Origin: a virus
Taxonomy: Duplodnaviria > Caudoviricetes
Virus record (IMG/VR): IMGVR_UViG_3300025121_000443
Location: 1-59,731 of that record
Reading direction: 5' to 3' (one strand)
DNA length: 59,731 nt
In this document: piece by piece, positions 1-10,085 of the stretch
Position numbering within the stretch: the first letter of the stretch is position 1
Layout of the letters: each line of letters opens with the position of its first letter
Notes under the pieces: model-generated
What the model was told of the DNA's origin: nothing
What the model saw: only the letters and a program-made list of their open reading frames with translations
Databases searched by the model: none
Translations under genes and position numbers: made by a program

Positions 1-13
1 CTGGTCTACCAAT

Positions 14-1240
14 ATGGGATCTGTTGTAGAATTGGGAACTGAGGGAAAGAATGGACCTGTTCGTGCTTTATATCATGTAGATCCTACGAGATGCTATTTG
101 ACAGGAAATTATAAAACTCCCTTAAGATATTCTCCTTCGAAAGGCAAGGTTCAGAACTGGAAAGATACTGACTTCTTCCGGGTGGCTTCTTTACCCTCTA
201 TTAGAGAAGATTATCGAGGTCTTGGGAATTGTGCCATTGATCGTGCTTTGCAACTTGGACAGCTCATGCGAGCAGTTTATAGGCATGATGAGGAACGATT
301 AGGTGCAAGAGCTCCTAGAGGATTGATGCTTTTATCTGGGATCAATCGTAAACAATGGGATGACGCTATGGAAGCTAGAGATGCAGAGCTTGATCAAAAC
401 ATGATGCAATATTTTGGATCTGTTGCTGTGTTAGCTTCTGCTTCAGCAAGTGTTGATGCAAAAATGATAGCTTTATCTGAACTTCCAACTTCGTTCAATC
501 TCAAAGAGTGGACGGATATGATTTTATATGGATATGCCTTGTGTTTTGGATATGATGCAAGCGAATTTTATCCTGTTCAATATGGTGCTTTAGGTCGTGG
601 TAATGAAGTTGCGTTACAGCATGAGAAAGCTACTGGAAAAGGTAGGCTTGACTTTGTGCTCGGCTTCCAAGAACAATTACAGAATTTTCTACCGGATTCT
701 GTAACCTTTACCTTTGACCAAAGAGATGAAGAAGGTGATTTGCTTCATGCAAAAGTTGAGCAAGCATGGGTAGATGTTGCGAAGACAATGTATACAGCAA
801 CAGTGAATGGACAACCCATGATTACGGTAGAGGAAGCTAGAGTTTTGTTGGCTGATTATGGAATCATACCCTCGTCCTGGTCAGAAGCTGAATATGTTCA
901 TGGTACTGACCTTGAAGATGTTGATGAACAACCAGAAGTTGAAAGTCCAGACTCAAGCTCAGAGGGACAGAGTCCAGAGCCTTCGGAAGAGCCAAGTGAG
1001 GATAATCCTGTAGCTGCTTCTCCTACAGCTAATGCTAAGATTCAATATATGAAGTATAAAACTCTTAAGAATAAAGTGATGCGTGAGAAATTATTGGAAG
1101 ATCCAGCTATGTGGAAGGCTGCTGAAAAATATCCACGAGAGCCTATTGTTCAGTATTCTTTTCCTGCTAATACGATAACCATTCTATGGGAAAGCGGAGA
1201 AGATCTATTAAAACCTAGAGTTTGGGGAGGGATGAAATGA
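14..1240 (+). CDS. Portal protein (5' end probably outside window)
   Basis: First gene of head module; size, G-x-L-x-L segment followed by A(L)CFGYDASEF resembling portal 'a..fGv.p.e' region; acidic C-terminal linker. Confidence 0.6.
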   Translation: MGSVVELGTEGKNGPVRALYHVDPTRCYLTGNYKTPLRYSPSKGKVQNWKDTDFFRVASLPSIREDYRGLGNCAIDRALQLGQLMRAVYRHDEERLGARAPRGLMLLSGINRKQWDDAMEARDAELDQNMMQYFGSVAVLASASASVDAKMIALSELPTSFNLKEWTDMILYGYALCFGYDASEFYPVQYGALGRGNEVALQHEKATGKGRLDFVLGFQEQLQNFLPDSVTFTFDQRDEEGDLLHAKVEQAWVDVAKTMYTATVNGQPMITVEEARVLLADYGIIPSSWSEAEYVHGTDLEDVDEQPEVESPDSSSEGQSPEPSEEPSEDNPVAASPTANAKIQYMKYKTLKNKVMREKLLEDPAMWKAAEKYPREPIVQYSFPANTITILWESGEDLLKPRVWGGMK

Positions 1241-1764
1241 GTGCAAGTTTGCCAGTAGAAGTTATAAAGAAATACAAAGGAAAGACAGAACTATTTTTTG
1301 AAACGGGTACTTCTAAAGGAGATTCTACTCAGACGGCTTTGGAAGCTGGTTATGATAATATTATGACGATTGAACTTGATCCAAAGACACATTTTGAAGC
1401 CTATAGAAGATTTCAGGGAAATGATTTTGTAGTGTGCGTTCTTGGAGATTCTGTGGATATTCTTTCAAAAACCGTACCGCTGCTTGAGATTCCAACACTA
1501 TTCTTTTTAGATGCTCATCTTGACTGTGGAGCTGAGTGTACTCCTATGGTAAAAGAGCTTGAGATCATTTCAAAAGCAAGTGTTGAAGTTACCATATTGA
1601 TAGACGATATGCGCTTGTTGGGTCTTTTGAGATGGTCTCCGATTACTTTAGAAACATTGGTATCTAAAGTTAAAGAATTATTTCCAGATCATCAAATATT
1701 TTTTGAAGCAAATGCTCATAAAAATAATGATTTGATGGCTATTTATAAGGAATCTAATCTATGA
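1237..1764 (+). CDS. Class I SAM-dependent methyltransferase-like protein (sugar/small-molecule type)
   Basis: FFETGTSKGDS motif I, TIELD, GDS, FFLDAH and ILIDD motifs; ATGA overlap with portal stop. Confidence 0.7.
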   Translation: MSASLPVEVIKKYKGKTELFFETGTSKGDSTQTALEAGYDNIMTIELDPKTHFEAYRRFQGNDFVVCVLGDSVDILSKTVPLLEIPTLFFLDAHLDCGAECTPMVKELEIISKASVEVTILIDDMRLLGLLRWSPITLETLVSKVKELFPDHQIFFEANAHKNNDLMAIYKESNL

Positions 1765-3461
1765 TCGAGTCTCCGTACGTTTCCATTGTTACAGGAACAT
1801 ACAATAGAATTGATTCGTTGAAAAGAATGGTGAAAAGTGTACGAAGTTCTGTTGGATTGGGCATTCCATATGAGCTTGTTATCGTTGAGGGTGGATCTAC
1901 CGATGGAAGTTTGGAGTGGCTTAGAAAACAACCAGACGTAGTTTTGATTGAGCAGGGTGAATTACTGGGAATTGTAAAAGCCTTTGACGCTGGCTTCAAA
2001 GCTGCTAAGGGAAAATATGTAATTATTGCCAATGACGATATAGAATTTAGGTATGAATCTATTCAGAATTCTGTTGCATTTATGAATGATAATCTTGATT
2101 GTGGCATAGGTTGTTTTCCACAGAATAGATATTCTCCAGAATACAAGGTAGCAGAGATTCCTGCTGTAAAGAACGGTAAAGCAACAAGAGCCTATTATGG
2201 ACAAGTTTGTATCATTCCAAAATGGTTAGGTGATAAAGTTGGTTGGTGGGGTGATTACAAACACTATGCTGGAGATAATGAGATATCGTGTAATGTTCAT
2301 GAGCTTGGATTCAAAGTTTTACCTATGGAATCATGTTGCATAAATGATTATGTGGTAAAGGATGAATTGCGTAGAAAAAATAGTGATACTAACGGTAACA
2401 GATCTCATGAGGATTCTGAAAAATGGGTAAAGAAGTGGACGCGAAATGGGCTTCTAGGACCGAATCTTCATCCAGCTCCTAGAATGGCAAATCCTTTGAA
2501 ACGAGATAGAAGAGTTGTATATGCTCCTATCTATGAAGAGAATGAATTTCCTCATCAGCTACAAACAAAGCATGGATTGAGAGATGCTCTTGCAGAAAAG
2601 TTTCTTACTTCTGAAATAAATTATCGTCAAAACACAGATAATCTATATTATGCGATTTCTATGTTTATGCCTGACGTTGTACTGATTCAATATCATAATC
2701 CTAAATATCTTACGTATGATTTTATGATGAGAGTAAAAGAGGAATTTCCAAAGACAACATTTGTATCTTGGAATGGAGATTATTCTCTTGCCATGTTAAG
2801 ATCTCCTGCATATATTCAGGTTCTAAAATTGTTTGATTTGGCGACCTTTGTTACCGCTGATGTTGCAGTAGAATATGAATTACAGGGAATAAATTTTAAG
2901 TATTGGCAGATAGGATATGAGGACTATACTCCTTTACCGCAGTCTCAAATTCAAAAAGATAAGTATGATGTAATGTTTTTAGGAAATTGCTACAATCCTA
3001 TAAGAGTTCAAATGGGTCAAATGCTACGATACCATAAAGATTGGAAAGTAGGTTTATTCGGGAAATGGCCGACTCATATAAAGGCTGATGGAATTAATCA
3101 ATACAATTTTATAGATGGAGATGCTTTATATCGTTCCTCTAAGATTGCTATTGGAGATAATTTGTATCCGCAATCCATTGGATATGTTTCCAATAGATTG
3201 TTTCAAGCTCTTCATGCTGGAGCATTTATGTTGCAGCAAAATATTCCGGGAATGGAGGAATTTCTAGGTTTGAAGGATGGAGTTCATCTTATCATATGGA
3301 ATACGTTGGAAGAACTTGAATATTTAATTGGTGAATGGAGAGATAGAGAAGCAGATAGGAGGAATATTGCAAATGCTGGAAAACGATTTGTAGATAAAAA
3401 TCATTCATTCCAGAATAGAGTTGAGGAATTGGAGCGATTTTTGAGCGAGATTAAAAAGTAA
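1761..3461 (+). CDS. Two-domain glycosyltransferase: N-terminal GT2 (GT-A) plus C-terminal GT-B/CgeB-like domain
   Basis: VSIVTGTYNR, EGGSTDGS, NDD (DxD) in N-terminus; DVMFLGN, SNRLFQAL..GAF, IANAGKRFV..NHSF..RV in C-terminus. Confidence 0.85.
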   Translation: MIESPYVSIVTGTYNRIDSLKRMVKSVRSSVGLGIPYELVIVEGGSTDGSLEWLRKQPDVVLIEQGELLGIVKAFDAGFKAAKGKYVIIANDDIEFRYESIQNSVAFMNDNLDCGIGCFPQNRYSPEYKVAEIPAVKNGKATRAYYGQVCIIPKWLGDKVGWWGDYKHYAGDNEISCNVHELGFKVLPMESCCINDYVVKDELRRKNSDTNGNRSHEDSEKWVKKWTRNGLLGPNLHPAPRMANPLKRDRRVVYAPIYEENEFPHQLQTKHGLRDALAEKFLTSEINYRQNTDNLYYAISMFMPDVVLIQYHNPKYLTYDFMMRVKEEFPKTTFVSWNGDYSLAMLRSPAYIQVLKLFDLATFVTADVAVEYELQGINFKYWQIGYEDYTPLPQSQIQKDKYDVMFLGNCYNPIRVQMGQMLRYHKDWKVGLFGKWPTHIKADGINQYNFIDGDALYRSSKIAIGDNLYPQSIGYVSNRLFQALHAGAFMLQQNIPGMEEFLGLKDGVHLIIWNTLEELEYLIGEWRDREADRRNIANAGKRFVDKNHSFQNRVEELERFLSEIKK

Positions 3462-3464
3462 TAC

Positions 3465-3493
3465 TAGTCAAGGTAGATTGTAAATGCTATAAT
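3465..3493 (+). promoter_or_regulatory. Sigma70-type promoter upstream of scaffold/capsid genes
   Basis: TAGTCA-17 bp-TATAAT with extended -10 TG. Confidence 0.55.
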
Positions 3494-3502
3494 GTAGTAT
3501 AG

Positions 3503-4915
3503 ATGGTGAGGAAAGATATGATCAAAGAAACTCTGAGTGAAGTTTATAATCTTCTAAGGCAAGCAGCGGAAAAGATTTTTCCAGAAGTAGTTACTGCTCC
3601 TGTCGAGGATTCTACAAGCATATCAAGTCTTTATGAACAAGTTTTTTATAAGTCAATGGAATCAGAAGAGTGGGTTTGGCTCATTGATCTATATGTTGAT
3701 GAATCCAAGGATATGTTTGCTATCTTTTCAAAAGATGGACTATTGTATAAAGCTCTTATTGAGGTTGAAAACTCGAAAGTTTCGATAGGGGAGCTCATTC
3801 GTGTAGAAGAGGTATTTGAACCTGTCAAAGAAAGTCGTATGATAATCCAACGGCAGAAGGATAATTCTGTTAGATGGTTTTTAGTGGCTTCTTCAAATGT
3901 TTTGAATAGAAATGGTGCAATTGATTCCTCTAAATTGTTTGACAATCTTGTAAAAGATGCATATAAAAATGATAGATTTCCATATTTGACCTTTTGGCAT
4001 CAAGGTGAAAATCTCAAAATGGGAATGACTGATTGGGTTGCAAGAGAAGAAAATCTTCTTTTGGCTTCCGGTACGTTTGATGATGGTATTGTTGCGAAGG
4101 CAATGATAAGAGCTTATGAGGAAGATCCGAATTATTGGGGTTCTTCAATCTCTTTCTGGCCGACGGAAGGACATATGGAACAGGTAGCTGAGGATATTAA
4201 AGTTCCTATGTATACAGATGGTTATTTCGAGGAGATTTCTATTCTCCCCGAGGAACAAGCGTGTTGTCTATTCACTGCATTAAAATCTAAAGGAAAGGTG
4301 AACCGTATGAAACCTGAATTAATTGAAGGCATTAAGAAATTAGCTGGAGATGATGAGGTTGCAGAGGAATTAATTGGTATGGTTGACGAGGTAAACCGAG
4401 AAATTAACGATAAGGGTCTTATTCGTCGCGAATCTGAGGAAAGTAATTCTGAGCAACCAAAAGACGAACAGACTGAGATTCCTGAAATTGAAGTTCCAGA
4501 GGAAGAAGAAACACCCTCTACAGAGCCAGTTCAGGAAAGTTCAGAACCTGCGTCATTGGAGATTGACGATGATTTGGTAAATGAGATCGTTAATCGTTTA
4601 GCCGAGCATCCAAAAATGGCAGACTCTATCGATGAATTGAGAAATTTGGTTGCTCAACAAAAAGTTTCTCTTGAAAATATGGCTTTAGAAGTTGCAGGAC
4701 TTCGAAGTTCATTGATCAAAGAGAATAAAGTATTAGTGGAAAGAGTCGTAAAACTTGAAGCTGATGATGAGCAAAAAAGGGATGAATGGGTAAAAGATCT
4801 TCCCAGAAAGAAACAAACGATTGCAATTCATAGAGCTAGAGTTCAAACCGAGGGAGAAACCGAAGAGGAATCTTTTGAGGATTTAGCAAGCAGAACTATA
4901 GAAGTTCTAAAGTAA
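3503..4915 (+). CDS. Prohead protease/scaffold protein
   Basis: Directly upstream of capsid gene; LTFWH, GSSISF and EEISIL resemble the HK97-type protease core; acidic coiled-coil C-terminal half. Confidence 0.6.
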   Translation: MVRKDMIKETLSEVYNLLRQAAEKIFPEVVTAPVEDSTSISSLYEQVFYKSMESEEWVWLIDLYVDESKDMFAIFSKDGLLYKALIEVENSKVSIGELIRVEEVFEPVKESRMIIQRQKDNSVRWFLVASSNVLNRNGAIDSSKLFDNLVKDAYKNDRFPYLTFWHQGENLKMGMTDWVAREENLLLASGTFDDGIVAKAMIRAYEEDPNYWGSSISFWPTEGHMEQVAEDIKVPMYTDGYFEEISILPEEQACCLFTALKSKGKVNRMKPELIEGIKKLAGDDEVAEELIGMVDEVNREINDKGLIRRESEESNSEQPKDEQTEIPEIEVPEEEETPSTEPVQESSEPASLEIDDDLVNEIVNRLAEHPKMADSIDELRNLVAQQKVSLENMALEVAGLRSSLIKENKVLVERVVKLEADDEQKRDEWVKDLPRKKQTIAIHRARVQTEGETEEESFEDLASRTIEVLK

Positions 4916-4939
4916 TTCGTATTTGATGAGGAGATAAAT

Positions 4940-6238
4940 ATGACTATTAGTGCATTATCTGATTTAGCAACTATCTATGGTTGCTGTGGTTTGTTTGATC
5001 TTTGCGGAGATCGGGACTTAATGTCCTTATCGTTCGAAGGTCAAAGCAAATTTCTTGATTGGATCGGATGGGAGAAATCTGACGTCTGTATAATCAAGAA
5101 AAACTTTATTACCTATGTCCGTCCAGAAGATTCTAACCGAACAAGAACTGCTGGATACATCTCAGATCCCTGCGGTGATTCTAACGGAGTCGAGTTTGGA
5201 ACTTGTGATTTTACTCTGGAAGATTATGCTTTGTTACGTCGTCACGGTCCTGCCCGAAATGCGACAAACATAGGTATGAAGTATTGTGAAATTCAACCTC
5301 GTTACCGTTTGGATGGTTCTCCAATTCGTGATGACCAGGAATTTGACATGCGTTTAGCAACTGAAGCAATGCTTCAGGATCTAAAACGAATGCTGATTGA
5401 TGGAAATAAAACATCAACTGGTCAATTTGATGGATTGCAGAGACTGATCAAAACTGGTTATACCAGTAGCGCAGGAAGATTCTGTCGTGCTATGGATTCC
5501 GTTGTTGTTGATTGGAACGGAAATACCCTTGATGGTGGTAGCGGTATTACTTGGAATGGTGCAGCTGTTGGCTCATCTTACGATTTCATTGACGTTCTCA
5601 TGGCTGTCTATCGCAGAATCCGAGATCGAATCAAGATGGCTCCAGCATTGGATGCACAACCACTGACTCCTGGCGATATGATTATCATGGCTCCGACACA
5701 TATTCTTCGCTGCATTCTTGATCAATTTACTTGTTGGAGTGTTTGTCCTGGAGCGACCAATATTCAGGTTGCTATCCAATCATACGAAGCAAGAAAATTC
5801 AGAGATTCTTTGAATGGTGGTATGTTTGGTGATGGAAAGATCTACATTGACGGATTTGAGATTCCATTGGTGAGTTACAGTTGGTCAATGATTGATGAGG
5901 ACACTGGTGCTTCAGATGTTTATTTATTGACAGGAAAAGTTGGAAATGTAAAGACTATTTCTGGTCAATACAAAAACATGATTGCTGTTCCAGCAGCTTA
6001 CTCAGACGGACCTTTCCGCTACACTGATGGTGGTAGAATTCTTACCTGGATGAATAATACTCAAACATGTATTCAGAGAGAAATTCAAATGGAACCTCGT
6101 TTACTTCTTTGGGCTCCTTGGGCGCAGGCAAGATTCCAAGATGTGCTTTGCACAACTCCTGGTGGAATTATTTCACCTGATCCTTGGGAATCTAGTTTCT
6201 TCCCTGAAACCAGCTTCAGTGCTGCTGTTTGTCCATAA
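4940..6238 (+). CDS. Major capsid protein
   Basis: 432 aa after scaffold, strong RBS GAGGAG, LIDGN..GQFDGL motif typical of HK97-fold capsids, followed by a hairpin. Confidence 0.8.
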   Translation: MTISALSDLATIYGCCGLFDLCGDRDLMSLSFEGQSKFLDWIGWEKSDVCIIKKNFITYVRPEDSNRTRTAGYISDPCGDSNGVEFGTCDFTLEDYALLRRHGPARNATNIGMKYCEIQPRYRLDGSPIRDDQEFDMRLATEAMLQDLKRMLIDGNKTSTGQFDGLQRLIKTGYTSSAGRFCRAMDSVVVDWNGNTLDGGSGITWNGAAVGSSYDFIDVLMAVYRRIRDRIKMAPALDAQPLTPGDMIIMAPTHILRCILDQFTCWSVCPGATNIQVAIQSYEARKFRDSLNGGMFGDGKIYIDGFEIPLVSYSWSMIDEDTGASDVYLLTGKVGNVKTISGQYKNMIAVPAAYSDGPFRYTDGGRILTWMNNTQTCIQREIQMEPRLLLWAPWAQARFQDVLCTTPGGIISPDPWESSFFPETSFSAAVCP

Positions 6239-6250
6239 TATTTATCTAGC

Positions 6251-6280
6251 GGAAGTGGGAATCTACGCATTCCCACTTCC
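6251..6280 (+). terminator. Hairpin after capsid gene (partial terminator or mRNA stabiliser)
   Basis: GGAAGTGGGAAT-ctacgc-ATTCCCACTTCC, 12-bp perfect stem, no U-tract. Confidence 0.55.
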
Positions 6281-6308
6281 AATGTTGTCTCAAGACTGAA
6301 TACATTGG

Positions 6309-7682
6309 TTGTGGAGAACAGGTTTGCTCGGTAAAATTCCTTCGCTGTCTTTAATTGTTCCTTCATATAATCATGGCAAATATTTGTCAGATTTAATACA
6401 TAGCATATACGGAGGAGAGACCTCATTAGGGTTCTTTACTGAGCAAACCTTACTCCCGTACGAAGTAATTATCGCAGACGACTGTTCTACCGATGATACC
6501 GAAGCTGTTGTAAATGAGTTGGCTAATAAGTTTTCAGGAATAAAATATGTAAGAACTAAGAAAAATTCAGGAACTCCTGTGGCATGCAATACAGCTATTT
6601 ACGAAGCTAAAGGAGAAATAATAACAAGAATAGATGCTGACGATATGAGAGAATCTTTTTCTCTAGAAGGAATGATGAGCTTCCAGATAAAAAATATGCA
6701 CTCTCTTATTTATGATAATGGAATACTATTTTTAGATGGAAGAAGAATGTCACATGTTTTTAGAACAGCACCTTACGATTTCAACAAATTAATCCATAAA
6801 AACACTATTCATGCAGGAATTATGTTTCCAAAGAAAGCATGGGAAGAATGTGGTGGATATCCGGAAAGATTTAGGTACGGTAGAGACGATTGGTCTTTCA
6901 ACGTGGCTCTCGGAGTAAAAGGATATTGCGGTATCCACGTTGAACGAGCAGGGTATCTATATAGAAGAGAAAGACAAAATAGATCTTTGCGAAATTCATC
7001 TTCGGAGCAACAAAAATTTTATTACGATCAAATGAAGTTAGAATTTAGAGATATTTATTCGGGGAGGTTTCCAATGGGTTGTTGTGGTAATAGAGGAAGG
7101 GAGAGTACATCTCCTACAAGTGTAGAAAGGACATCAGTGAATACTTTAGTTGGATCTGTCGGAATGTCGTTACTTGAATATCAAGGCTCTAATTATGGAG
7201 CAGAAGTTTATTATGGACCGACAACTGGAATTGCTTATCAATTCAGTGTAAAAAAGAACAGAAGATATGTAGATGATCGTGATCTCCACGCTACAAAGGG
7301 AGTCGGTTTACTGGACATCGTAGAGCATGGAAAGTACATGTTCAAGGCAATAGCTGTTGAGCCAGAACCTGAACCTGAACCAGTTGTTCAAGTTCAGTCT
7401 CAAATAGTTGAACCTGTAGAGGATACCATCGAGGAAATGAAACTAGAAGAGCCTATGGAGGAAGTTGTGGTAATGGAAGTTTCTTCATTGGAGCCTTCTG
7501 AAGACATGACAAAAATTGAATCTGGAGTTATCAAGGGAATAGGCTTGAAGAGTGTTAGTAAACTGGAAGATGCTGGAATTATATACTGGGAACAGTATAT
7601 AGATACAGATTCAGATGTTCTTTCCAAATTGCTAGGAATAAGTGTTGATGTGATTGACAAACAAAAAGAACAATTTGTATGA
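6309..7682 (+). CDS. GT2 glycosyltransferase fused to an uncharacterised domain, acidic linker and C-terminal helix-hairpin-helix
   Basis: SLIVPSYN, DDCSTD, RIDADD, DDW motifs; IKGIGLKSVSKLEDAGI HhH motif; TTG start uncertain (6309 or 6324). Confidence 0.8.
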   Translation: MWRTGLLGKIPSLSLIVPSYNHGKYLSDLIHSIYGGETSLGFFTEQTLLPYEVIIADDCSTDDTEAVVNELANKFSGIKYVRTKKNSGTPVACNTAIYEAKGEIITRIDADDMRESFSLEGMMSFQIKNMHSLIYDNGILFLDGRRMSHVFRTAPYDFNKLIHKNTIHAGIMFPKKAWEECGGYPERFRYGRDDWSFNVALGVKGYCGIHVERAGYLYRRERQNRSLRNSSSEQQKFYYDQMKLEFRDIYSGRFPMGCCGNRGRESTSPTSVERTSVNTLVGSVGMSLLEYQGSNYGAEVYYGPTTGIAYQFSVKKNRRYVDDRDLHATKGVGLLDIVEHGKYMFKAIAVEPEPEPEPVVQVQSQIVEPVEDTIEEMKLEEPMEEVVVMEVSSLEPSEDMTKIESGVIKGIGLKSVSKLEDAGIIYWEQYIDTDSDVLSKLLGISVDVIDKQKEQFV

Positions 7683-8014
7683 CAGAATTTTCTTTGATCT
7701 TCAAGTTTGTTCTTGCATTTCTCACTTCATATAGATTGTCTGAGCTAATTGCTCTAGATGATGGACCGATGTATATTTTTAAGTCATTGCGAGAATTTCT
7801 AGGAAAGAAAGCTTCAGATGATAGAGAAAATAAACTGAAAAGATCTGCTGCTGATTTAGTTCATTGCCCATTTTGTGTCGGTGTTTGGTTTTCTGCGTTT
7901 ACCGTAATCTTGGTTCTTACAGAAACAGTTGTTGGAAATATCTTTCTTTTGATCTTTGGAATAGCAGGTGCTCAGGCTTTTCTTTCAACCATGTCTAAAA
8001 GGTTCCTGGATTAA
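7679..8014 (+). CDS. DUF1360-like membrane protein
   Basis: YRLS.LI..D and L..CPFC.GVW signature with hydrophobic helices. Confidence 0.7.
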   Translation: MTEFSLIFKFVLAFLTSYRLSELIALDDGPMYIFKSLREFLGKKASDDRENKLKRSAADLVHCPFCVGVWFSAFTVILVLTETVVGNIFLLIFGIAGAQAFLSTMSKRFLD

Positions 8015-8121
8015 AAGAGTGGTTTTTGTATAGGTATTAAATAACCTTAACCTAAAATAAATTAGTAATCGAACGTATTTTTAGCCCTAATTTAAGGCTA
8101 AAATACACCTAAAGGGTAAAA

Positions 8122-9177
8122 ATGCAAATTTCCAGCGAAGTCATTTCAAGATCTGTGGTATCTCTCCCAAGATATGCAAAATTGATTGGATACAGAGAGT
8201 GTGCTTTCTTTGGGGTCTCTCATGAGGAAAATCCAAGTTTTGCATGCAGAGAAATCTGGACGAAATCCCAAAGAGACGACATATCTGCATATCTTCAGGA
8301 AGCTCAAGAAACTATTGAAAGGGTTCTTGAATATCCATTAGAACCTACTTGGATAGCAGATGAACGACATGACATCAATACCATTCTAATTACAGATTGG
8401 GGCAGAATAATAGAAGCTGGAATACGAGCAGAGGAAGAATTATCTGGAGACATACCAGTAGATGTTGAGTCTTTTGGCGTTGGACTGGATACTTTTACCG
8501 TTTCCTTTATTTCTCCTTCTGTAATAGATGATTTATCTGAAGTTCATGTGTTCTATCCAGATTCAGAACTAGAAATTTATCCTTCTGGAATTACGTATGA
8601 CGAAACTTCTCAATTACTTACAATTTCCATTCCTAGATGTAGAATGGTAGATTATGATCTTTTGGATAATCCTCCTGAAGGATTATTATATACAGAAAAT
8701 AGTAACTTTCAGACTACTGTAGATGTGAAACGAATTTATACTGACGATTCAGTTCAAGCAAAATTAATGTATAGAACAGAATCATGTCCTCCAGGATGTG
8801 TGGAAACTTACGATAATGTGTGTATATTTCTAGATAATCCATACGTAGGAAAAGTTAGAATAAATTATGGATATCCTACTACATGCAAATCATATGATCA
8901 TGTTCAATTGAATTACAAAGCAGGAATGACTGAAATTACTAGAACGGTAGAATCAATGGTTATACGGCTTGCTCATTCCATGATGCCTACCGAGCCTTGT
9001 GGTTGTGATGTAACTCAAAGACTTTGGTTACGAGATAGAGAAATTCCAAAGATTCTAACCAAAGAAAGAATTGAATGTCCATTTGGTATGTCTGATGGTG
9101 CATGGATTGCCTGGAAATGGGCTTGTGGTATTCAATTGAATAGATTATCAGCATTGGTAGGAAAAAGAAAATTATGA
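8122..9177 (+). CDS. Putative head-tail adaptor, Cys-rich
   Basis: Position after capsid; AQETIERVL..PL and VQLNYKAG segments typical of adaptors. Confidence 0.5.
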   Translation: MQISSEVISRSVVSLPRYAKLIGYRECAFFGVSHEENPSFACREIWTKSQRDDISAYLQEAQETIERVLEYPLEPTWIADERHDINTILITDWGRIIEAGIRAEEELSGDIPVDVESFGVGLDTFTVSFISPSVIDDLSEVHVFYPDSELEIYPSGITYDETSQLLTISIPRCRMVDYDLLDNPPEGLLYTENSNFQTTVDVKRIYTDDSVQAKLMYRTESCPPGCVETYDNVCIFLDNPYVGKVRINYGYPTTCKSYDHVQLNYKAGMTEITRTVESMVIRLAHSMMPTEPCGCDVTQRLWLRDREIPKILTKERIECPFGMSDGAWIAWKWACGIQLNRLSALVGKRKL

Positions 9178-9695
9178 TACAGATGGAAGCTATTCGCCCT
9201 AAACAGTTTGATGATTCTAGATTAAGACAACATGTATTTTTTGAGATGTCTGCTTATGGAGAAGAAATAGCTAAGGAATTCAGAAAAACTACAGTAGGAT
9301 GGAGGAAAGATAAACCAAAATTCAAACCCAAACTTAATACTAGAACTGATCGTAATACGATTGAAGTAACTGTAGGAACAGATAATCCAGTTTGGAATTA
9401 TATTGATAAAGGCGTTTCTGGACATATGATTTATCCAACGAAACCTAGAATATCGGGAACAGCTGGAACATATGATGCAAGAACCATGCCTGGAACATTG
9501 AGATCGGATCCTGCGGGTGGTGTAAAAGTTTTAGATGGAAATTACTTCAATCTCAATCATGCGTTCTTCTGGACTGGTATAGAGCCCAGAAATTTTAGTC
9601 AACAAATAACGGAAGAATTCAGTACTGGAAGAAGAAGTATGCAAGCAAGATTTCAAGCAATAATAGACAAACACGCTCCAACTGTATGGAAGTAA
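9174..9695 (+). CDS. Putative tail-completion (HK97 gp10-like) protein
   Basis: Basic; WNYIDKGV..H.I.P and GIEPRNF motifs; synteny. Confidence 0.5.
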   Translation: MIQMEAIRPKQFDDSRLRQHVFFEMSAYGEEIAKEFRKTTVGWRKDKPKFKPKLNTRTDRNTIEVTVGTDNPVWNYIDKGVSGHMIYPTKPRISGTAGTYDARTMPGTLRSDPAGGVKVLDGNYFNLNHAFFWTGIEPRNFSQQITEEFSTGRRSMQARFQAIIDKHAPTVWK

Positions 9696-9709
9696 ATGAA
9701 AGGAGTTAT

Positions 9710-10081
9710 ATGAAGGAATTAGTAAAAATAAAACCGATCTTTAGAAAAAAGATGGCTACATTGATAGAATATGTAGAGGATGGAGTTCCTTATCGCGTAA
9801 GTGTTCAGTCCTCTAGTATTGTAACTAAAGAGAAGGATTCATACGTTCCAAGACATTTATTGGATCAAGGTTTACCGTATGGAGTTCCTTGGAGTTTGAA
9901 ATTGAATATTAATATGATAACTCCTGAATCTTTAGAGATAGAGTTGCACAAAGCTGGAATATGGACTGCAGAGGACGCCCTAAAGAATCCTTCTACTGTT
10001 CAGTCAGCACTATTGTCTGCACTTAGAATTAATCTAGGTGATCTTTTGAGAATTGCCAAAGAAAGTCAACATAAGGAGTAA
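9710..10081 (+). CDS. Hypothetical virion-region protein
   Basis: RBS AAGGAG before ATG 9710; located before tail tube gene. Confidence 0.45.
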   Translation: MKELVKIKPIFRKKMATLIEYVEDGVPYRVSVQSSSIVTKEKDSYVPRHLLDQGLPYGVPWSLKLNINMITPESLEIELHKAGIWTAEDALKNPSTVQSALLSALRINLGDLLRIAKESQHKE

Positions 10082-10085
10082 TAAT

